Of a stretch of 64,000 nucleotides of DNA, positions 58,712 to 64,000 are shown in pieces. Both the position numbers and the translations under genes were made by a program. The stretch lies in IMG/VR virus record IMGVR_UViG_3300043395_002359, positions 1 to 64,000 of that record. One strand, 5' to 3'. The DNA is from a virus. How positions within the stretch are numbered: the first letter of the stretch is position 1; every line of letters begins with the position of its first letter. The notes beneath the pieces are model-generated. The model did no database searches. It worked only from the letters and a program-made list of their open reading frames with translations, and was not told the origin of the DNA.

Positions 58712-59422
58712 ATGGCAGACGTACCCAATCTCGCTGGTATTGCAACCCAGGACTTAGTTGAGACCATTGGTAGTGGCTCCTACAAGGCCAGTTACATAAA
58801 CTGGGCCAGGACCATGAACCTGCTGCATGAGCACGCTCCTGGCTGGGCTCCTGAAATGCTGCCTACCAGTGATGGAGGCTGGGTCCACCCGGCCCCTGGT
58901 TCAGGCGGCTTTCTGATGATTCGCTTTGTCCACACCGATGGATCCGTGCGGCCCGCTTACCCGCAAAGCATCATGGATCATCGAAACAATGCCATACCCT
59001 TAGATAAAATCACGGCCAGAGACGTAACCGACACACATAGACGCGGTTCCTGTATGGCCGCTGCCATGGAATTTGGCTTGGGGCATGAGCTGTGGGCAAA
59101 GATGCCACTGGAAAGTGGCTACCATGACGAGCCAGGAACCGCTCCAAGCAGTCCTACTACAGCAGGCTTTAAGGCCCAGAAGTCAGCGACCCAGAAGGAC
59201 TTCCTCGAGGCTTGTCTTGATAAAGGTCTTACCAGTTATGCAGCGGATAATCTCCTGAGTCTGATCAATGGCAATTACGAAGGAGGCCTCAGAACACTGG
59301 CAAGTAAAACGGTAGAATGGGTTGCCGAGCAAAACGCAAAGGCAGAGCCCCCTACTGAGGAAGCACAGAATAGCAAAGCACCAAAAAAGACAACAAGCAA
59401 GCCGAAACCGGAGGATTACTGA
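58712..59422 (+). CDS. Sak-like single-strand annealing protein (DUF1071-like)
   Basis: SYINWA...IMDHRNNAI...ARDVTDTHRR...AAAMEFGLGHELW. Confidence 0.75.
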   Translation: MADVPNLAGIATQDLVETIGSGSYKASYINWARTMNLLHEHAPGWAPEMLPTSDGGWVHPAPGSGGFLMIRFVHTDGSVRPAYPQSIMDHRNNAIPLDKITARDVTDTHRRGSCMAAAMEFGLGHELWAKMPLESGYHDEPGTAPSSPTTAGFKAQKSATQKDFLEACLDKGLTSYAADNLLSLINGNYEGGLRTLASKTVEWVAEQNAKAEPPTEEAQNSKAPKKTTSKPKPEDY

Positions 59423-59594
59423 TTGACCCAAGATTCCCTCGTCTTCTTGATGAGGGAATCGAATTCAAGGGATTCTCTATTGATTGGGCCGCAGAACAGC
59501 TTGCAAAAGCTTTTGATGGCCTCATCGTAAGAGATTATAAAGGGCCTTAGACGGCCCTTTTCCTTTGCTAGCATCGGTTGGACGCACACGGCAC

Positions 59595-60419
59595 ATGGCC
59601 AATTCGGCTTCAGGACAGGAGGACTTGACGGCATGGATGAACACAGCCGGTAGGTATAAACTCCTATCCGAAGAGGAGATCCTTGGCATTTCAAGGAAAA
59701 TCAAGGCTTCTAATCCTGGATCTGCACAGTATGCAAAGTATGTAAATAAGTTAACCATTCATAATCTCAGGCTTGTTACCAAGTTTGTTAATTCATTTAT
59801 GAATGGCAAAACGAGGAAAAACTTTGGCTGTCCAGAGACGGTTGATTATTTGCAGGTTGGCTCTCTTGGCCTGAGAAGGGCTGCCGAATGCTTTGACCCT
59901 ACCGCTGGTTATAAGTTCTCAACATACGCCTACCCGTGGATTAGGTCGTTTGTGAGCAGGTATAACATGAAGATATCCAGCATTTTTCATGTGCCGGAGA
60001 ACGCCCTAAGGGATAGTTGGCATTACGAAAAGCATGGCGTCCTTTTTACCAAGGACAAAAAGATCAAGCGCGATGAGCAGTATTGCCTAGATTTGATAAC
60101 AAGGGTAAAGGCTGCTCAAGCATTCGTTTCACTAGACATGCCGATCTCTAGTGATAATGACAATTTAATGACACTTGGCACTCTCATAGAGAGCCATTAT
60201 GGTACATCAGTAAATGATGGCGAGTTTTCTGCCGAGATTGAGGACATGATCAGAAACGCTGGTCTTACCAAGATTCAGGTAGAAATCATTAAGTCTTACT
60301 ACCTGGACGGGATAACAATGGAACAAATTTCATGCTTGCATGACCTCACCCGCGAGAAGATTAAATCCTTGAAGGATTCCGCGATAAAGTCCCTCAGGGC
60401 TATTAATGGATTGGTATAA
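59595..60419 (+). CDS. Phage RNA polymerase sigma factor (sigma70 family)
   Basis: LLSEEE, HNLRLV, GLRRAAECFDPTAGYKFSTYAYPWIR, SLD, region-4 HTH LTREKIK...AIKSLR. Confidence 0.92.
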   Translation: MANSASGQEDLTAWMNTAGRYKLLSEEEILGISRKIKASNPGSAQYAKYVNKLTIHNLRLVTKFVNSFMNGKTRKNFGCPETVDYLQVGSLGLRRAAECFDPTAGYKFSTYAYPWIRSFVSRYNMKISSIFHVPENALRDSWHYEKHGVLFTKDKKIKRDEQYCLDLITRVKAAQAFVSLDMPISSDNDNLMTLGTLIESHYGTSVNDGEFSAEIEDMIRNAGLTKIQVEIIKSYYLDGITMEQISCLHDLTREKIKSLKDSAIKSLRAINGLV

Positions 60420-60446
60420 TGTAGTGTAAACCCCTTAACGGGAACG

Positions 60447-60875
60447 ATGGCTACAATTAGTATTGCGGGTACTGTAACTGGTAAAGCCGGTGAATCGGCA
60501 GTTACCTTGAAGACCTTCCCCTCGCGTTTCCCTGGCAGTGATGGCGATACCGTCGCAACCTTCAGTGTTGCCGACCGCGCTTATGTCTATGCCAAGCAAG
60601 GCGAAGAGCGCCAAGGTCAGTTCTATAGAGTTGAAGTGCGTGGCAAGGCTGCAGAAATCTGCAGTGAGCGAATCAAGCGCGGTGACAAGATCGCTGTCAG
60701 CGGTCAACTCGTCCAACGCACTTATCAAGACAAACTCTTCCTTGACGTTAAAAACGCATCCGTAACCTTCCTCGATGAAGGTCAGGGCGGCGGCGGCCAG
60801 GCCCAGACTCAAGGAGGTGTTCAAGCCCGTCGCGGGGCTCGACCGGCCCCTGTCGAGGATGAGCTGCCCTTCTGA
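60447..60875 (+). CDS. ssb: Single-stranded DNA-binding protein
   Basis: VATFSVA, FYRVEVRGK.AE, RGDKIAVSGQL, C-terminal EDELPF. Confidence 0.92.
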   Translation: MATISIAGTVTGKAGESAVTLKTFPSRFPGSDGDTVATFSVADRAYVYAKQGEERQGQFYRVEVRGKAAEICSERIKRGDKIAVSGQLVQRTYQDKLFLDVKNASVTFLDEGQGGGGQAQTQGGVQARRGARPAPVEDELPF

Positions 60876-60942
60876 CGCTAAGGCCGAGGGTTTCATTGGC
60901 GGCCATTGTGGCCGCCTTTATACTATGGATACAGTTACTACC

Positions 60943-61395
60943 ATGGCGAATGATGAGTGCTGCATGGATGGCATTGCCGGCTGTGTGGGCACTCTGATAG
61001 ATGATTTGCCACTATTAACCACCGCTCATGTCAGGCCTTATATTATCGCCATCCTGCTCCACAGAGGGGCGGTCAGGCCTCATGAAGCACTTTCTAGTAT
61101 TAGCCCACATTGCAGAGTGTCGGATCTAAGGGTCGGTGAATGGGATCCGCTTGAGCAAGACTGGTCCGAGGAGACCAGAGCGGAGCGGTTAATAGACGAA
61201 GTTCTCGGTGAACTAATTTCCGAGGGCATAGTAAGATACAATGAAGAGATGGACTTATGGGTTCTTGCTTCAAATCAAATATCAACAATAATATCTTGGG
61301 TCGCTGCAATGGGCGCAAGGATGCCCCAGCACGTTCTTTTGGAAATGAGCAGAGACCAAATCAAAAGAATACCACAGTACATAGAATTATCCTGA
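60943..61395 (+). CDS. Hypothetical protein (possibly winged-helix)
   Basis: TATACT -10 box at 60919-60924 upstream. Confidence 0.65.
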   Translation: MANDECCMDGIAGCVGTLIDDLPLLTTAHVRPYIIAILLHRGAVRPHEALSSISPHCRVSDLRVGEWDPLEQDWSEETRAERLIDEVLGELISEGIVRYNEEMDLWVLASNQISTIISWVAAMGARMPQHVLLEMSRDQIKRIPQYIELS

Positions 61396-61397
61396 TT

Positions 61398-61634
61398 ATG
61401 TCACCAACCAAAAGCAAAAAGTCAACCGAATTTGACAGGCTGTCTAGACCTTCTTTCCCATTACCCGTTCTCCCGAGAGGATCGAAGGTTCAAGTTTACA
61501 TGGGCGCCGGATGGAGTATGGGATTTGTTGTACACAGTCAGCAGGATAGCTGTTCTGTTAGACTAAGTATTGGTAACAGATTGATAACGGTACGCGATGC
61601 AAGGTCAATTAGGCAAGCTGTTGCAAACGACTGA
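61398..61634 (+). CDS. Small SH3/KOW-like hypothetical protein
   Basis: LPRGSKVQVY..GW..G.V; tight packing. Confidence 0.6.
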   Translation: MSPTKSKKSTEFDRLSRPSFPLPVLPRGSKVQVYMGAGWSMGFVVHSQQDSCSVRLSIGNRLITVRDARSIRQAVAND

Positions 61635-62055
61635 CTCTTCCTTGTCAGATATGGAGATCACCGCAACTCAAAAAGAAATCTCAGTTATTTGTGACAATGT
61701 AAAGAACTTGCTTCTATCTAAAAACAAAAAATATGGCGATTCTGCACTAAATCCAGCGAGGGTCTTCAGTAAAGCGAATGCGACCGAGCAAATCCTGGTC
61801 AGAATTGATGATAAATTGTCAAGAATTGCCAGAGGCGTAGGCCTATTTGCTAATGACGAAGACGTTATCAATGATCTGATAGGCTACCTTGTTCTGCTCA
61901 AAATCTCTTTAAAAAGAGAGGCTGGCCAGGCGTGGGACGGCACAGATATTGATTCTTTCGCCAAAACGCCTAATCATTGGGACTCTAGTGTATTGCCTGG
62001 TTCGGATGGGCAGGATTTGCTCGAATTGCACAAATCAGGCGACAAGTTTGCCTGA
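61597..62055 (+). CDS. Nucleotide-modification-associated domain 1 (DUF1599-like) protein
   Basis: LLLSKNKKYGDS...RIDDKLSRI...DVINDLIGYLVL. Confidence 0.7.
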   Translation: MQGQLGKLLQTTDSSLSDMEITATQKEISVICDNVKNLLLSKNKKYGDSALNPARVFSKANATEQILVRIDDKLSRIARGVGLFANDEDVINDLIGYLVLLKISLKREAGQAWDGTDIDSFAKTPNHWDSSVLPGSDGQDLLELHKSGDKFA

Positions 62056-62404
62056 CTATACAATTGTAATCAAGCAACCCCTATTCTCCAAGGCTAGACC
62101 AAGGCTCACCAGGAGCGGCCACGCCTATATGCCACCTGCCTACAAGACAGCTCAGGCTGTAATGAGGAAGCAAATAAAAGAACAATGGCATGAGGGCCCC
62201 CTCGAGGGGCCTATTTCATTGTCAATCAAGGTAAAAGGTGAAGGCAGAGGAGATACCGACAACATAGCAGGTGCATTTATGGATGTAGCTCAAGGCATAA
62301 TCTTTACTGATGACAGGGTCAGTGTTATACCGAGCCTCTCGATAGTATGGGAGAAGGCGACGAAGGCAAAATCGGAATGGATAATCGAGATAAGGTTGTT
62401 ATAA
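62048..62404 (+). CDS. rusA: RusA-like Holliday junction resolvase
   Basis: SKARPR...GDTDNIAGAFMD....IFTDDR. Confidence 0.85.
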   Translation: MPDYTIVIKQPLFSKARPRLTRSGHAYMPPAYKTAQAVMRKQIKEQWHEGPLEGPISLSIKVKGEGRGDTDNIAGAFMDVAQGIIFTDDRVSVIPSLSIVWEKATKAKSEWIIEIRLL

Positions 62405-62426
62405 TGTGGATCATATTGGTCGATGC

Positions 62427-63266
62427 ATGGCCGCCGTCGCGTATAACCAGCCCGATGCTGACTACCGCAGAGAGCTTGGCGAAAACCAGAGCTACCTGAA
62501 GAACATACTGGTAAGTCCTGCTCACTACAAAGCAGCGAAGGTAAGGCGCTTTCCTGTTACCACAAATATGGAAGTCGGTTCGGCTCTTCACTGCAAGGCG
62601 CTTGAAGGTGATGATGAGTTCAACCAAAGGTTTTTACTGAAACCAGATGGTATAGCTTTTAATACCAAAGAAGGGAAGGACTGGAAGGCTTCAAACAAGG
62701 GAAAGACTATTTTAGCGAAACAGGACTATGACAATGTCCTGGGAATGGCAGAAGCACTGTCTAGATTCGACTGGTTTAATCCCGATCAACCTGATTACAG
62801 GAAATACAACGAACTGTCTATCTATTGGGAGGCGGATGGCATCCCCTGCAAGGGAAGGCTCGACAGACTGGTCGAGATGGATGACCATCTTCTTGTCTTG
62901 GATCTTAAGACAACTGATTCAGTTGATTTCTCTACCTTTTTGAAAAAAGTTGTAGGGGGAATGAACTATGTATTTCAGGCTGCCTGGTACGCTGAGGCCG
63001 CTAGCCTGGCTTTTAATAAACCAGCTAAGTTCGTCTTTATCGGCATCGAAAGAGCCGAGCCTTGGGCTACAGGCGTTTTCGAGGTGTCAGATGACATGAT
63101 GACAGAAGGTATTGCTCAAATCAACAAAGCAAGAAAAATATTAAAGGAATGCCTTAGGACCAAGGAATGGCCAAGGCCCAAAGTATCTTATAATGTGCTT
63201 GAGCTACCTACGTGGTACCGCACGCTAGCCGACGAAGGTTCCATTCACGAAGGAGACCTATTCTGA
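62427..63266 (+). CDS. PD-(D/E)XK exonuclease, RecE/exonuclease VIII-like (DUF3799)
   Basis: QSYLK..SPAHY, GSALH, ELSIYW, CKGRLDRL, DLKTT, Y.FQAAWY. Confidence 0.88.
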   Translation: MAAVAYNQPDADYRRELGENQSYLKNILVSPAHYKAAKVRRFPVTTNMEVGSALHCKALEGDDEFNQRFLLKPDGIAFNTKEGKDWKASNKGKTILAKQDYDNVLGMAEALSRFDWFNPDQPDYRKYNELSIYWEADGIPCKGRLDRLVEMDDHLLVLDLKTTDSVDFSTFLKKVVGGMNYVFQAAWYAEAASLAFNKPAKFVFIGIERAEPWATGVFEVSDDMMTEGIAQINKARKILKECLRTKEWPRPKVSYNVLELPTWYRTLADEGSIHEGDLF

Positions 63267-63472
63267 TGACCACTTCAAAAGAGATAAATGTTTCCCAGAT
63301 GGGATTCCTCGGCTGGCTTGGAATTCTGTTTATCGGATTAAAGCTCACCGGCTTTATCAATTGGCCATGGTTATGGGTGCTTGCGCCAATATGGATACCG
63401 TTATCGATAGGCCTTGCCGTAGCAATAATCATGCTTGTATTGTTATTAATTTTTAAGGCATTCGACAAATGA
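63266..63472 (+). CDS. Small two-TM membrane protein
   Basis: LFIGLKLTGFINWPWLWVLAPIWIP. Confidence 0.8.
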   Translation: MTTSKEINVSQMGFLGWLGILFIGLKLTGFINWPWLWVLAPIWIPLSIGLAVAIIMLVLLLIFKAFDK

Positions 63473-64000
63473 GACCAGTTAAAGCAAAAGATCTACTTGC
63501 TCTTGACCCAAATCTTAATGTTGTCAAGTTGCAGAGTTACCCTATCCCTGAGCTTGTGATCTGGCAGGCGGCCAAGGGCGATTACTCCGAGATCCCTGTC
63601 CATGAGCTAGAGCCGCCTTCGCCAAGCGAATGCGGCAAATGGGTGGTCGAGTCTCTGTTGGCCAACGATAGAGGGCACTGGGGCCCCCTGGAGCATCCCC
63701 AGATCACATTCTCATGCAGCGGTTTTGTCCATAATGTAATGGTTCAGGCTCGTACCCACAGGATTGGTACGACCTGGGACGTTCAATCGCAACGCTACAC
63801 AGGCAAGCGCGTTTTGAAAGTTGCGAATGGCGAGATCGATATTGAAGACGTTTTCTATATCAGGCCATGTGGCCTTTATACCAACAGACTTGGCAAGAAA
63901 TACGAGATAACTGAAGCCTGGCGATCTGTCAAGCGCGATGACATTTTGACGGCATGCCGCTCCTATGCATTTGATTATGAAAATGGCATGGCCGAGGAGC
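63469..64000 (+). CDS. thyX: FAD-dependent thymidylate synthase, truncated by the window edge
   Basis: Manual translation: GHWGPLEHPQITF...VMVQARTHRIGTTWDVQSQRYTG. Confidence 0.9.
   Translation, partial: MRPVKAKDLLALDPNLNVVKLQSYPIPELVIWQAAKGDYSEIPVHELEPPSPSECGKWVVESLLANDRGHWGPLEHPQITFSCSGFVHNVMVQARTHRIGTTWDVQSQRYTGKRVLKVANGEIDIEDVFYIRPCGLYTNRLGKKYEITEAWRSVKRDDILTACRSYAFDYENGMAEE

Noticed and set aside
1-64000. tRNA or rRNA genes, integrase or att site, alternative genetic code
   Set aside because: None recognised by eye. Long genes read through normally in code 11 and use all three stop codons. A tRNAscan/Infernal run would be needed to exclude small RNAs.

Overview
The window is part of a tailed dsDNA phage genome, most likely a long-tailed cyanophage. 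This is inferred from the cyanobacterial-like sigma factor and ThyX, the 2421-aa tape measure protein, the tail tube protein and the absence of a recognisable sheath gene. Layout: (i) 1-4717 is a GC-rich array of small single-gene cassettes separated by about 15 copies of a 33-39 bp repeat made of two inverted arms around an asymmetric core. (ii) About 5000-54460 is a virion, fibre and lysis region in an unusual order: tail genes come before scaffold and capsid genes, and no terminase or portal was recognised. It includes Thr-rich collagen-like fibres and a glycosyltransferase-methyltransferase. (iii) 54460-64000 holds replication and recombination genes (helicase, initiator, iteron-like origin, Sak-like annealase, sigma factor, SSB, RusA, RecE-like nuclease, ThyX). 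The best candidate for an undescribed system is the cassette array. Stop codons sit inside the repeat arms, arms co-vary across a cassette rather than within a repeat, one cassette is inverted between its arms while the core keeps its orientation, and the repeats drift progressively along the array. No integrase, Cas or reverse transcriptase gene is visible in this window. A second strong signal is a GGNANNCTA motif before most late genes, a candidate promoter for the phage sigma factor. All product calls come from motif recognition by eye; no database search was run.
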